From Schmidtea nova (Eukaryota): a stretch of 64,000 nt of DNA. The notes beneath the pieces were generated by a model. The model had not been told where the DNA came from and ran no database searches. It saw only the letters and a list, made by a program, of their open reading frames with translations. This document shows positions 39,440 through 51,894 of this stretch, piece after piece. Position 1 is the first letter of the stretch; each line of letters begins with the position of its first letter. The position numbers and the translations under genes were made by a program. The DNA is taken from assembly GCA_044892505.1 (NCBI GenBank), contig CM097883.1, forward strand, positions 226,052,001 to 226,116,000, given 5' to 3'.

Positions 39440-41189
39440 TTATTCCATATGGTCGTTAATCCTGAAGACCGGTTCCTTTGTGATCGAATTTATCCATGTT
39501 AGCAATGCTTTTGTTTTCTCGAGGTCGTGTATCTTTACCACTAGACTGAATTTTCCCACGTTATTTGCCAGATATTCGATCTCATCTTGTTTCTTGATGG
39601 ACTTTATGAACTTGATCATCTCGAAGTTATTCCACTGTATCGCAATATCCATGATAGAATTATTCTTTCCATTTTCCCCTTCGATTTTGGCTCCTGCTTC
39701 ATATAATTCGTTTAGCACTTTCCACTTAGTCTTTTTCCTTGCTGCGATTACCATAATTGTATCTCGATTGTCATCAACCGTATTCATCTCTGCTTCGCAT
39801 TTGATCATTACCCTTGCTATTTCTATAGCCTAATTTTCTTTCTTTCGACGTAATGCCCAGTGTATCGGTAGTCTCCCATCCTTTGATAATAGGAATGCCA
39901 CTGGCATTTGATTTTTGATCGTTTCTATGTCGCTCTCGTTATAGTCTCCTTGTGCTTATCTGTGCACTTTCTCTGTAATTGCTCCTAGTATCTCCAACGA
40001 GTTTTTAACTTCTTTAACTTCTGATATTTTTTTCCTGCGCTTTTGCCACGATTGCGCCTAATCCTTCTTGATAATCTGCCTTTGCATTGAACAACACTGC
40101 TTTGCTCTTTATTCGTGTCTGCATCTGTTTCATTCGTTGATCCTGGTACACTGCTTGTCTGAAGAATTGTCCGTATTTCAATGCTTCTACCAGATCCTTA
40201 TATCGCTTGCGTATTTCTTTGTGCTTCTATTGGATGTCATAGAAATGTTCGAAACTCATATCCGGATTCCATTGTTTGTCACACCATCTCCTGATTAATC
40301 CGAATAATTCTTTCTTTCGGTCTTCTAATTTGTACTACCTTGGGTTTTCTATGACCCGTAGCGTATCTCTTGATATCAACGCCACGAGAGTTTTCGGATC
40401 GTATGTTACTTCTAGTAGATGTTTCAGTAACGCATTTTATTTATTTGTAAACACTTCGTTACAATCTATGACCCATGAGTCTCCTTCTGGTCGTTTCCAC
40501 ATTAGCAATATTCTCCAGGTTTTACTGTTCTTTACTCCGATTGATTGTCTCATGATTGGGCCTCTAGTTAACTCATCGAACTCCCACGTGGCATTTTCCG
40601 TGATATATTTTAACATTCGGTGATTCGCTCTCTCGATTGCATGAGAAAAGAACGTTCTTCCTTCTTTATCTCTTGTTGTCCAATTTGATCTGGTGTTCCC
40701 GAATAGCTTGATTATCTCATCGTTTCTCCCATGAATTGTTATCATCATGAGTGGGGTAATTCCTTCCTAATTTACTTTGTCGATTTTTCCTCCACCTTCG
40801 AGGGTTATTTCCATAATTTCTTTCACCTTTTCGTTCCCACCGTGCTTGATTGCATTGTGCAGCGCTGTGTTACCGTCTTTATCTTGTAGACTCAATGTTT
40901 GAGGAATCTCTTCTAGTACCGTTCTTGTTATCGGATGCGCTGTTCTGTCTTTTGCGTAATTCATTACATTTTTCCGCACTTCTGTCAGTATATTGAAATC
41001 AAGCCACCATTTCCATTCCGGTATTAATTCTCTGGTCTTCTTTGCCAGTTCTTTGATATCTACCGTTTCCTTTCGGTTGTTCTCTAGACTTGTTTGTGGC
41101 TTTTGTTGTACTCGCAACATATTAATTCTCGCCGTTTGTGATCTCGTGATTACTCGTTTTTCTGGTAATAGAGTCGCTGTCTTCGGTAT
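39440..41189 (-). pseudogene. Two ankyrin-repeat clusters continuing from integrase
   Basis: QDKDGNTALHNAIKHG, N*EGITPLMMI, RDKEGRTFFSHAI; KDGRLPIHWAL, VDDNRDTIMVIAA, NGKNNSIMDIAI. Confidence 0.85.
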
Positions 41190-44100
41190 TTTCTTGCATC
41201 GACATGCGTTTACGTATATTGGTCTCACCAATGGATTGTTTACTAGTTTCACCGTACATTATTTTCATTTACCGATGTTATTTCGTATGGCCCTTTGCCT
41301 GGTCGTTGCAGTTTCTTGATTGTACCGGGTATTATCTCTGGTGTCTCTATTATCACCCAATCTCCAATTTTTAACTCATGTGCCTTCACATTCTTTTTCT
41401 GGTCATGCAAATCCTTGTAACTTTCTTGATAGAATTTGATGTTGAGTTCTGCCGTTTTCCATATTTCTTGCATTCTTTCTTTGAACTTAGTAACATAATC
41501 ATCAACCTCCATGTACTGTGATAATGGTGGTTGATATTCCAAGTCGATCGGTAAGTTACAATCTCTCCCGTACATCAATTAGAATGGACTTAGCTTCGTT
41601 GCCGCATGTATTGACATTCTGTATGCCATTAAACACAAGTTTATTTATTCGTCCCAGTCAGTCTGATGTTTACTGACGTAATTCGATAACATGAGTATCA
41701 ATGTTCCGTTGAATCTTTCTGTTTGACCGTTCGTTTGCGGATGGTATGGGGATGTTCGTAATTTCGCTATTCGGAAGTAATTCGTAACTTCGTCTAATAT
41801 TTCACTCATGAAATTTGTTCCTTGATCCGTTAGGATTTTCTTTGGTGTTCCGTATTTGCAGCATATCTCTTCCACCAATATTCTCGCGACTGTTTTTGCC
41901 TTTTGATCTGGTATTGCGAACGCTTCTGGGAATTTCGTTAGATAGTCCGTAACTATTAATATATACTGATTTCCTTTTAGGCTTTCTGGTAATGGTCCAA
42001 CTACATCCATTGCTATCGTCGACATTGGTTCTGCAGGAATTGGCATAGGTTTTAATGGTGTTTTCCACTTCGTCCCGACGTTCTTTCTTGTTGCACAGAT
42101 TAGGCAATTCTTTATCCACTCTTTTACGCCATCTCCCATGGTTGGCCAAAAGTATTTTTGTCTCAGTCTCCCGATTGTCTTTTTTGCTGACATATGTCCA
42201 CCTAGTTTTCCGTCGTGGTACTGAGTCATGATCTCTTTTCTTCTATTTGCAGGTAAGCACATCAGTCTCCTTTCTCCATCTTTTATTAGTAACCATCCTT
42301 TTTCCATCACGTATCTATGTTGATACTTTTGCATATGTTCGCGAAATGCTTGATTCTTGCTGAATATTTTCATCTCCTTTTCCTTCATATACTTGATGAT
42401 AAATCCCAATTATTCATCTTCATGCTGGTCTTTCCTTAACTCACTGAAATCCAAATCCTCAGCTATTAACACGCATATCTTGGTAGCATCCAGGTTTATC
42501 AACTCTGGGAATGTAAATCTTGACATGCAATCCGCGCTTGCATTTGCTTTTCCTGCTTTGAACTTTATGAATGGCGAGTATTCTTGTAACTGCATCGCCC
42601 AACGCATCAATCTACTTAATGATTCTTTATGCTGTCCTAACCATTCCAATGGTTGATGATCTGTCGTAATATATATTTCATGACCCCACAGCAGGTATTT
42701 GAAATGCTTGATTGCCAATATTATTGCATAAGCTTCTCTTTCTGTGACCGAGTAATTCTTTTCGTGCTTCCTAAATGTTCGACTGTAGTATTCAATTACT
42801 CTTTCCTTGCCTTCTTCATCAAATTGGCCTAATACTGCTCCTGCTGCGTATCCTCTTGCATCTGTTGCCAACAAAAATGGCTTCTTGAAGTCCGGATGGA
42901 TCAATATTGGTGCTGTAATCAGTTTGTCTCGTAATGTTTCGAATGCTGCTTGTTGCTCTTCTCCCCATACAAACGACACGTCCTGTCTTACTAATTCTTG
43001 CATTGGCTTCGATATTCATGCATAGTTCTTGATGAACTTTCTATAATATCCACACAATCCAAAAAACTCTTGTATTTGCGTCACTGTTTCTGGTGGTGGA
43101 CATTCTTTGACTTTTTCGATATTCCTTGGATCTGGTTCTTTTCCTCTTGCTGATACAATGTGACCTAAGAAGGTAATTTTCTCTTTTGCCCAATCGCACT
43201 TTGACGGCTTCAATTTCAGCTTCCATTGTCTCAATTTCACGAACACATTTCTGATGTCCTGTAGATGATCTTCAAACGTTGCGGAATAGATCAATAGATC
43301 TTCGATATACACGATGCATTGTTTTATGCCATGGGTTAGAAAATTCATACATCTCTGGAATGATGCTGGCGCATTTGTTAGTCCAAACGGCATTTTCTTG
43401 AATTGGTTCAGATCTCGTCCGATTGTAAATGCTGTTTTCTCTTTATATTCGTCTTTCATTTTGATCTGCCAATATCCGCTTTTTAAATCTAGTGACGTGA
43501 AATAGGCTGCTCCTTGTAACGTCAACAGCATCTCAACAGAATCTCTTTTTGTAACTGCGTTTAATCGTCTGTAATCAATACAGAATCTCTGAGTTCCATC
43601 CTTCTTTTTCACCATCACCACTGGAAATTGCCAGGGTGAACAACTGGGTTCGATGACCTCTGCATCTAGCATCTTTTGTACCTCTTCCTCTGCCACTGCT
43701 TTTTGAGCTTCTGCCAGTTTATATGGTCGTAATGCGATCGACGTTTCATCCGTTAACGGTATCGTGTGTAATGTTACATCACATGTTCCCAAGTCTAAAT
43801 CTGATCCTGCGAATATATCTTTATACTCCATCAACAACTTCTGTAGTTTTTCCTTTTGTTGTTCGTCTAACAACACACTGTCTATTTTCCATGGTAATTC
43901 GCCACTACTTTTCTCGTTCTTATCTGGTATTTCGATCTCGGACATGGGTGTCAATTTACCCAATCTCTCATTCTCGTATATTATGTTGTCCTCCTCGTCA
44001 AAATTCACCAGATTGATCGGTATCTCTCCTTCTTGATTTATCGTGACCAATTCTCTGGCCATTGGTAATTCCTTCTTTGCTTCGAAACTTTTACTTGGTT

Positions 44101-44638
44101 CGAATATCATTTCCCCTTTTATTGTTGAATCGATCTTCACATAACACATCATTTCGTGTCTTGCTGGTACAACTATTTGTTCCGCACTTGCTACTTTGAC
44201 CTCTATTCTGCAGATTTTTCCAGTTCTATCTTTTAACTTCATTGCTCCCAGGTCGATTACTATTTCCTTGAAAAAATCTGGCATCAGGTCAGTTCCAATG
44301 ATACATGGTACACTCAGCGATGGTATTACAGCGATGAACGTATCAATTTCCGCATTTCGATGTCTTATTTTTACAAGCCATCGTCCGGCTACTTCCACTG
44401 TTTCTTGACTGCATGCGATTACATGAACATTAGTCTTCTCAATCTCTCCTTTATTTTTCTCTGGTATATAGTTGATATCGATTGCCGAAATATTCGCGCC
44501 TGTATCGATCATAGCTTTGATTTCTCTTCCGTTTATTTCTACGGTTGTTGTTAGGATTGGTCCTGTACTTGTAGACATAACCGCTATCGTGTGCGTGTCT
44601 TCCAACGGGTCTACACTTCTGCATCTTTTACCTTGCAC
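41190..44638 (-). pseudogene. pol: Ty3/Gypsy pol: protease, RT, RNase H, integrase (inactivated)
   Basis: AMIDTGANIS; RFCIDYRRLN, LDLKSGYWQI, MPFGLTNAP, YIED (YxDD mutated); LATDA, NYSVTERE, TDHQPL, NASADCMSR; HHCC, MDVVG, TDQGTNF, QTERFN, GPYEI; four in-frame stops. Confidence 0.97.
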
Positions 44639-46946
44639 TCCTCCGGGATTATCGGGTATATACTCGTCATCGGCATCATCTGCATCACATTCGGTTTCGT
44701 TTTATACATAGGTTCGTTGTACATTGACTGGGGTGGGGCACTGTATCTCCAATTCTCAACTGCACTCTTTTCGGTATACTGTGGAATCTGGTTTATATTC
44801 GCTTGTCCTCCTTGATCGTCATCGTCATCGTCATCATTGCTTGAATTATCTTGCGTTCGATATCCTCTCACTCTTTCCCATAATCCATTCTTTTCTTTCT
44901 TTAGTCGTCGTCTTGCTTGTTCGTCTTGCATTATCTTTTTGAATTTCTTTCCGACATTTTCATTTGTTCCTTTCATTTTTGCGAGTATCTTCAACAATCT
45001 CTTTATCCGATGTATGTTCTTTGAATGTCCATGTAACACCATTGTTTTCGCGAGGAATGGTAAAGATCCTACTACTATTTTCCAATTCACTTTCTTTTCT
45101 GTCTTGTAGATAACGAAGCACGATAACATTTGCATTATTATCACTCTGACGATTTGTATTATTAATATAACACCTAGTATTCCAGCCATCATTTGTCCGA
45201 ATATCAGGAATCTTCCCCAAATTGCCTTCATCATATTCTCGGTGGCCTTCTTGAAATGTGCCGGTGACAATAGTAGTTCGTAATTCGGTCCTTCTCGGTA
45301 ATTCGTTCCTCCAGTTATCGTTACAATATTTGACAGTAAAGCTTCTCTTCTAGCCGGAAATAGTATATTCTGTCTCGCTGCTTCCAAGTCTTTTAGACTG
45401 TATATTCCGTTGTTTGATACATCGATATCGCTAAATTGTCTATCTTTTGACAGATGCATTAGCTCGAATTCTCTTGGTGCAGGTACTTCTGTTCTTGCTG
45501 GAAACATAACTCATTTGTCATCTGGTTTCTGATAAAGCGGTCCATACACATTACTGCAATTGAATGGATTCGGTTCAAACCCTGGTGGGTTGATGATTCT
45601 CGTCACCGGTTGAACGTATCGTACTTTTCACTTGTAGTCGATTTCTAACTCATTTGTACATGTTCCGGGTTTTAGTTGCGTTGTTGCTGCTAACGGCACG
45701 TGTGTCTTTTCGCAAATATACACATACATTGCCTCTCCGACCACTCTTCCGAAATTTCCTTCTCTCAGTGGTCCTAATGCATTGCACTATCTGGATTCGT
45801 AATTGCCATGGCTAATTTTGTCTTCAATATTTCTCGATTCAGTATGCAGTCGTTGTTTATCAGATCGTAATACACCTTTTGTAATGAAGCTTGTCCTCGA
45901 TGGAATAAGAAATCCATTTTATTATTCACGTACAAGTGTAATTTGATATCCATTGTGTCGATCTTGGGTTTCGCATTCGGCACTTCTTGTTTTGACACGT
46001 ATATTCCTGGGTAGTTCGTTTCGTATACCGTTGTACTACTCTTAAGGGTTGCTTTCCCTTTTATGAATCTCATTCCCACGTCCTGATTCGTGGTTATCAA
46101 CACTGTTGGTGTGGCTCTCATCTCTATCCGTTTCTCTTCTCGTTCTGGTTTCAGTTGTCTCTGATTTTCCAGTGCTTCCTTGAGATGCTTTGCTCTAATT
46201 TTATCATCATCTTCTTCTTGGAACGTTTTTCCTTGAATTTTGTCGAACTTTGCTCCTTGTAGCAGTTGCAATTGGCAATCGTTTATTTTCGATTTATACA
46301 CCAAGGTTGACATTCCCGTTTGACACATACTTCTGTTGATTTTGCACATGGATAACGTTTTCATTTCTCCTGTTGTTGGGTCGAAGAATGCTTCATAACT
46401 TTTCAATTCGACTATATACGTATCCATCACGACTAAGTTACTTGCAAGTGTTCCGAATATCGGGTAGGTTTCTCCTTGACAATAGCCTTCTCCTCCGGTA
46501 ATCCGTCCAGCTACATAATACGTCTGTTGCAGCATCTTTCCTGGCTTTCCTTTTATCTTGATTTTGTCTCTTGTTGTTACTTCTCCATGTCTAAAAAATG
46601 CTTCGCAGTCTTCTCCTTGTAACAGGATGGATTATCTTTCCGTACCTAGTATGACAATTGCTGAATAATGTCCTCTCCCACAATAAAATGCGAATCTCGT
46701 CTTCTGTACTTTGCATTCGTTAACCATTGTTTTTACCAATTCTGCTTCCTGGTACACATGATACCATTGTTCCTTTTTAATCTTTTTCAATTCTACTGGA
46801 GTTGCATCTTTGCATTGCTCAGTACCTCTCAACGAGTACTTTTCTCCTAATTTCATTTGATCACAGTCAAATACCTCAAAGGTTGTTACACCTTCCGTGC
46901 TTAACAACCATACCAACATCATCATGATTATCGAGTTTAAATTCAA
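44611..46946 (-). pseudogene. env: Envelope: class III (chuvirus/herpes gB-like) fusion glycoprotein
   Basis: Signal-like IIMMMLVWLLSTEG; FEVFDC..YSL..C; CKVQKTRFAFYCG; GYCQGETY; NNKMDF..DC; GEAMYV..C; GIYSLKDL..ILFP; TM MAGILGVILIIQIV. Confidence 0.8.
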
Positions 46947-47054
46947 CGTCGATCTCCCATTTCCTTGCATTGTTTGTCTATACTCTATTTCTCTCAATAC
47001 TCCTTCGAGCTTCTTTCGCATAACATTTGAACCATCTTTTGTCTGATTTTCTTT

Positions 47055-47501
47055 TAAAAACTTCTCCCATCCTCCTTTCCTGAGGATATATGGTTCGATT
47101 TTCTTCTCGATAATCATTGTCGTAGTTTTAATATATCTTCCAATCGGACTTGATTTCGGACTTCCTCGGCTTAGCGTTAACAAATTGTATATCGTATATG
47201 AGATTGCCACTAGATATTTGCTGTCTGTTTCTGGTCCATTAAGTAGCCTTCTTATCAACATTGTGGTTCCTTACGAATCTAGATGATTTGATTTTGTTTT
47301 CGCTTTTATCAATTCTGGCATAATCAGTGCTATTGCATTATGTAGCATCTTTTCCTTTGTACTAGGTTCTTTTATCCGCCACAGATTCTTTAATTCTGGA
47401 TCGATTATCGCTAATACATTCATTATCGTTTTGGTGAGCCATTCCTCTCCTTGACAGACTTGATTCTCTTCTTTACCTCTGATTTCTGCAATTTTGTCCA
47501 A
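47055..47501 (-). pseudogene. Bcl-2-like domain in frame upstream of the env signal peptide
   Basis: BH2-like IEPYILRKGGWEKF and BH1-like RLLNGPETDSKYLVAISY at nearly Bcl-xL spacing; one TAA at 47271. Confidence 0.7.
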
Positions 47502-47519
47502 TTTCCTTAAACATATTTC

Positions 47520-48869
47520 TCATTGTTCTTGTCTCCTTTCTTCTCTTGTCTTTGGGATTGTTGTTGCTGGATCTAGTTTTGGTCTTCCTCTCGGTCGTTT
47601 CTCCATTCCAGTTCCGGTTTCCACGAATCTCACTGATCTTCCAGTTTCTTCTGTGACGTCTCTTCCTTCGTTTGCTCGTTGTTCTAACCATCTTTCCATT
47701 TCTTGAGTGAACTGTGGTTTTTCTTGTTCATCTTCTAGATCATTTACCGTTTCTATAACTACCTCTTGTTCCACTCCTTGATCGTTGATTTCTGTTGGTG
47801 ACGTTATTGGCATCTCTATTATTCTGTCGAAGATGTTCATTGTTGGTTTCTGAGTCAACTTCATTAATTCTTCTATCGCTTCATCACTGTCTGTTAATAT
47901 CTCATCAACATCATACGCTTCTGGCGGTGTTCTCTCTCTTATTTTTACTGGTGTTGTTCCTGTTTGTCCCGAACTTGTTCCTGGGATCATTGTTGATTTC
48001 ATCGGACTATATGTACTTATGCTTTCTTTTGGCTTCTTTTCCTCTTTTAACTCCAATGGTTGACCCACTATTTGTGCCAGTGTTAGCGTGTTCATTAAGT
48101 CCAATTGCACTGGTGTCAGCCAGATTTCCAAATTGTTTTCTAACGATCGTCCTTGATGTTGTAAATGGAATGGTAGTTCATACATTAGCTTTTCTTTAAC
48201 ACTCTTCACTTTCTCCGTTAGCATCACCCAAAACTCTTCTTTTCTCTGATTCAGATATATTATTCTCAAATGTATTTTTTGTAGCGTTTCGTCTGTGAAT
48301 TCTCTGTTTCTCCATTTTTTGATTACATGGTCTAGTTGCTCTGGACACCACTCATTGACCCTTTTGTATTCTACTATCGCTTTGGCTACTTTTCTCAGAT
48401 TCGTTACATCTTCTCCGTTTACAATTATAAATTCTGCTAAGCCTTTGACTGTTCATCTTTTTCCTTGAGCATTTCCTCTCAATAATTCGATTATTTTGTC
48501 CGTTTTCTGCTGCTCCAATTCTGCCCATATTGCTGCTGTTTCTGGTCCATCTAAATCTGTTGGTAATAGTTTTCTTGTTACCATACATATCCTTTTCGTA
48601 TCTGATTCGTATCTGTCTTCCACTTCCGGATCTTCTTCATATACGCCTCCTTTCGCTTTCCAACATTTCTCTTTATCAGCCCATTGTTTCTCCACTGGCG
48701 TTAATCGTCGTCTGTTAAGATCCAATTCTCCAAATACCGTTTCCCATTCTGGCTTTATCTGCCAGTTCCGATTGATTTCCACTATCTGTCTCAATTTTCG
48801 CATAACGTCCTCATGTCGTTTCTTTCTCCTTTCCTCATCTTTTGGTGTTACTCTCGGCACATCATCCAT
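47520..48869 (-). pseudogene. Unassigned polyprotein segment
   Basis: ORFs 48453-48869 and 47520-48269 share a frame, split by one TGA; low-complexity acidic tail with basic motif KRPRGRPK. Confidence 0.6.
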
Positions 48870-49110
48870 TCTGATAACATGTATCGTCTGATAATTATCC
48901 CATATGCCGATTTTATACGCTCGTCTCTCATCACGTTCATTCAGTACGTGTTCCTTGTATTTTATTGTATTTTATCATCTTCGAATTCGTTTTCTCGTTC
49001 TCGTTATAATATCGTCTCATTGATAACATCCACTAATTCTCCCACTGTGCAATCTGATATTATTTCCATTTGCCTTGTCTCTTCGTTTGGCAGCTTCACT
49101 GTAATATTTT
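48870..49110 (-). pseudogene. Ubiquitin-like domain
   Basis: ITVKLPNEETRQMEIISDCTVGELVDVINE..DDKIQ/KYKEHVLNERDERRAYKIGIWDNYQTIHVI follows the ubiquitin strand/helix pattern; 2 stops and 1 frameshift. Confidence 0.5.
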
Positions 49111-49380
49111 AGTCTGATATTTCTCCTCGTTTGAACATTGCTTTTCCCATCTTTGCGATTAGCTTGTCCGTTTTGAAATGGGAATGTCTGGATTTACTTG
49201 TATCTCGTATATTCTCGATACACTGTTTCAAATTCTCATATTCGCTTCTCATCAAAACCTTTCGATGTTTCCCGATTTGCTAGATGATCTGTTCTATCGT
49301 CGTATTTAAATTCTCCGCCAAGATTCTTTCTTTCGCCTCTGTTACTCCCATATCCTCCCATATATCAGTCATCTTCAACT

Positions 49381-51495
49381 TCACTTCTGGTAGATCTTCT
49401 GTTTGTAGAAATGCTTCTCTGGCAGTTTCGTCACTCCCGAAATCATCTCATTTACTTTATTGAACAATCTTCCTACTTCTTCTTTTACATCATATTTGAA
49501 TCGAAACACGTGATCATTTTGCATGATCACCAACATTCCTCTTTGTTTAATTCTCACTTCTACCTCTTGATTCGCTTCTTTCTCTGCTTCTGTTTCTTTT
49601 TCCGTTTCTTTTTCTGCTTCATCTTTTTGATTTTGCTCTGCGGTTTCTACTTCCTGATTCACTTGCTCTTGTTTCTGCTCTTCGTTTCTTTTCTTTTCAA
49701 CTTCAGCTTCATCCGATTTATCTTGCTGCTTCCTCTTCATCATTGCTCGTATCATATTTATCCTTGGATTTCCCATTTTTAACTGTTGTAGCCATTGTTG
49801 TCTGACTTGTTCTTCTTCTCGTCGTATTCTGGCCCATTCTTGATTGTGTCTCTGTTGACTCTCTTTATTCTCTCTTTCAGCTTCGTCTTCGATTAATTGG
49901 ATCATATTTATCTTCGGTTGAGCAGCTTGCTGGCTCCCTTTTGCCATATTTTCGATTATCTCGTGTAATCTGGATACTTCCTGCCTCAATTTGGCTTCTT
50001 TCATACTAGCTTCGTTTGCATTGTTATTCGGGTTGTTCCGTTGTTGGTTCTGATTCACATAGCTTGGTCGATTTACGTAATTCTGTCGATTTCCGTAATT
50101 CTGTCGATTTCCATTGTTTGACCAGCTTCTCTGTTGATTACACTCTCTTGACATGTGTCCAGGTTTTCCACATGTGTAACACGTTTTTACGTAACACCGA
50201 TTCTCTGAATGACCCTTTTGTCCACACATTTTACAGGCTACGTTCTGAAAACAATCTTGTTGCATATGTCCACTTTTCCCACACGTCTGACATTGTCTAT
50301 TCTGCCTGTTGTTGTAACTGGTTCCTCCATTTGCGTTTACTGTGATATATCCTTTATTTTTCCTCTCTGGTGGCTCTTTAAGCAATCTCTGCAAATGGGG
50401 AATACTCTGGTTCATATTTCTTTTTCCTTGTTCTTCATCTTCTGTCGTTTTTTCCATTACTGCCATTATCCTCATATCGTTCATTGTCATATGCAATTCG
50501 AACAGGTTGGCTGCTTCCAACGCTTCGTCTACCGTTTTATATCCTTTGCATCCCACTTGTGCTCGGATATCAGGTCTCCTGAGGCCTCGTACAAATAGTG
50601 CTGTCATTAACTTCTCGTCTACTGGGCTTCCTCTGTTGAATGCTAGCTTAGCCAACTTCCTTAATTCGCTTGCATACACTGCATTTGACTCGTTTCTCCT
50701 CTGTTTTCTCGCTGAGAATTCATCGAATGCTTCATTCAAACTTTATTTATTCCAAACTTCTGTTGGAAGAATTCCTTTATCGCTTCCCACGTTCTGGGTG
50801 GACTGCTTCCAGATCTCTTTTCAATATACAGATCCAATGCGCTATCTTTCAAGTATAGCGGGATTCGATTTGCCAACGTTTCTGCACTCAATCCGCATAT
50901 GTCTACAAATATGCCAAATTCTTTTAGAAACGTATCTAACCTGCTGGCGTCTCCATTGAATGGTTCGCCTTTGAATTTTTCTCTTAAATCCTCTCTGTGA
51001 TCACTCATCCCGATTCCACTGACTTGGAATGTTGTACTAGCTCTCTTTGTTTCTAGTTCACCGCTTGTTTCCGGGTTGACTCTTCTTCTTCACTGATCTT
51101 TGATTCGTTATCCCTTGATTCGCTGCTTGTACTGTTTTCACTGACTAATTCACTGTCTATCGTTTCTACTTCGGTCCGTACTTCTGGGTTCTCTGGGGTT
51201 TCTCTTTGGTTTTCTTTATTACTCGAATTATCACTGATCTCTACTGGTTGATTCTTCTGCTTCTTCGATTCTTTTGTTATTCTTGCATTTTTCGCTGCTT
51301 TTCTTTCTTTTTCTGTTAAGATTGGTATTACTCCTGATCTCGTTTCGCGTTCTGCAATTTTGTTGCACTACTCAACTTCTTGTATTTTCAACTAGTTGTC
51401 TACTTTGTTCTTGCTTGGCTTCTTCTTCGATTTGTTTCCTTTGATTGTTCTGACTGCTAGATTGCTTTGAATTGCTTTGAATAATTTGTTTCCTT
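49381..51495 (-). pseudogene. gag: Ty3/Gypsy gag with three CCHC zinc knuckles
   Basis: EPFNGD..FLKEF..LKDSALDLY; RKQRRNESNAVYASELRKLA..LFVRGL; CQTCGKSGHMQQDC, CKMCGQKGHSENRC, CYTCGKPGHMSREC; frameshifts near 51030 and 50740. Confidence 0.93.
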
Positions 51496-51894
51496 AAAAC
51501 AAATAATCACTTACACGATAAGTCCCCGTTATCGTGTTTCTCGTCCCTCTCACGGGTGTAGTCATAATTCATGAAGATCCCCATTTGTCCCATTTCCCTT
51601 GATTTTAAGTCTATTTAAATTATCTATGCAGTCGTATCAATTATCTATACTTTATCAAATACACCGATTACTTTTCCCCAGTTCCCCAATTACTTTGTCG
51701 CTCGACGCTCTTATTATTCCCTTTACTTCTCTCAGGCTTCTTTGGCACTGAGTTCAAATTTCCCCTTATCCGCCAACTGCTCTGTTTCTCAACTATTCAC
51801 TCTATTTCCTATTCACACTCTTAACTACGTTTACTACTTTCTTTTTCAATTCTCATCTCTACTCACTTTTAATTCAACTGACATCTTTCATTGG

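Noticed and set aside
47465-47510. BH3 motif LDKIAEI
   Set aside because: Matches the loose L-x-x-I-A-E pattern but lies too far from the BH1-like segment; such short motifs are common by chance
34182-50959. Many plus-strand ORFs over the retroelement
   Set aside because: Antisense shadows of the purine-rich minus-strand coding region; F/S/L-rich with no motifs
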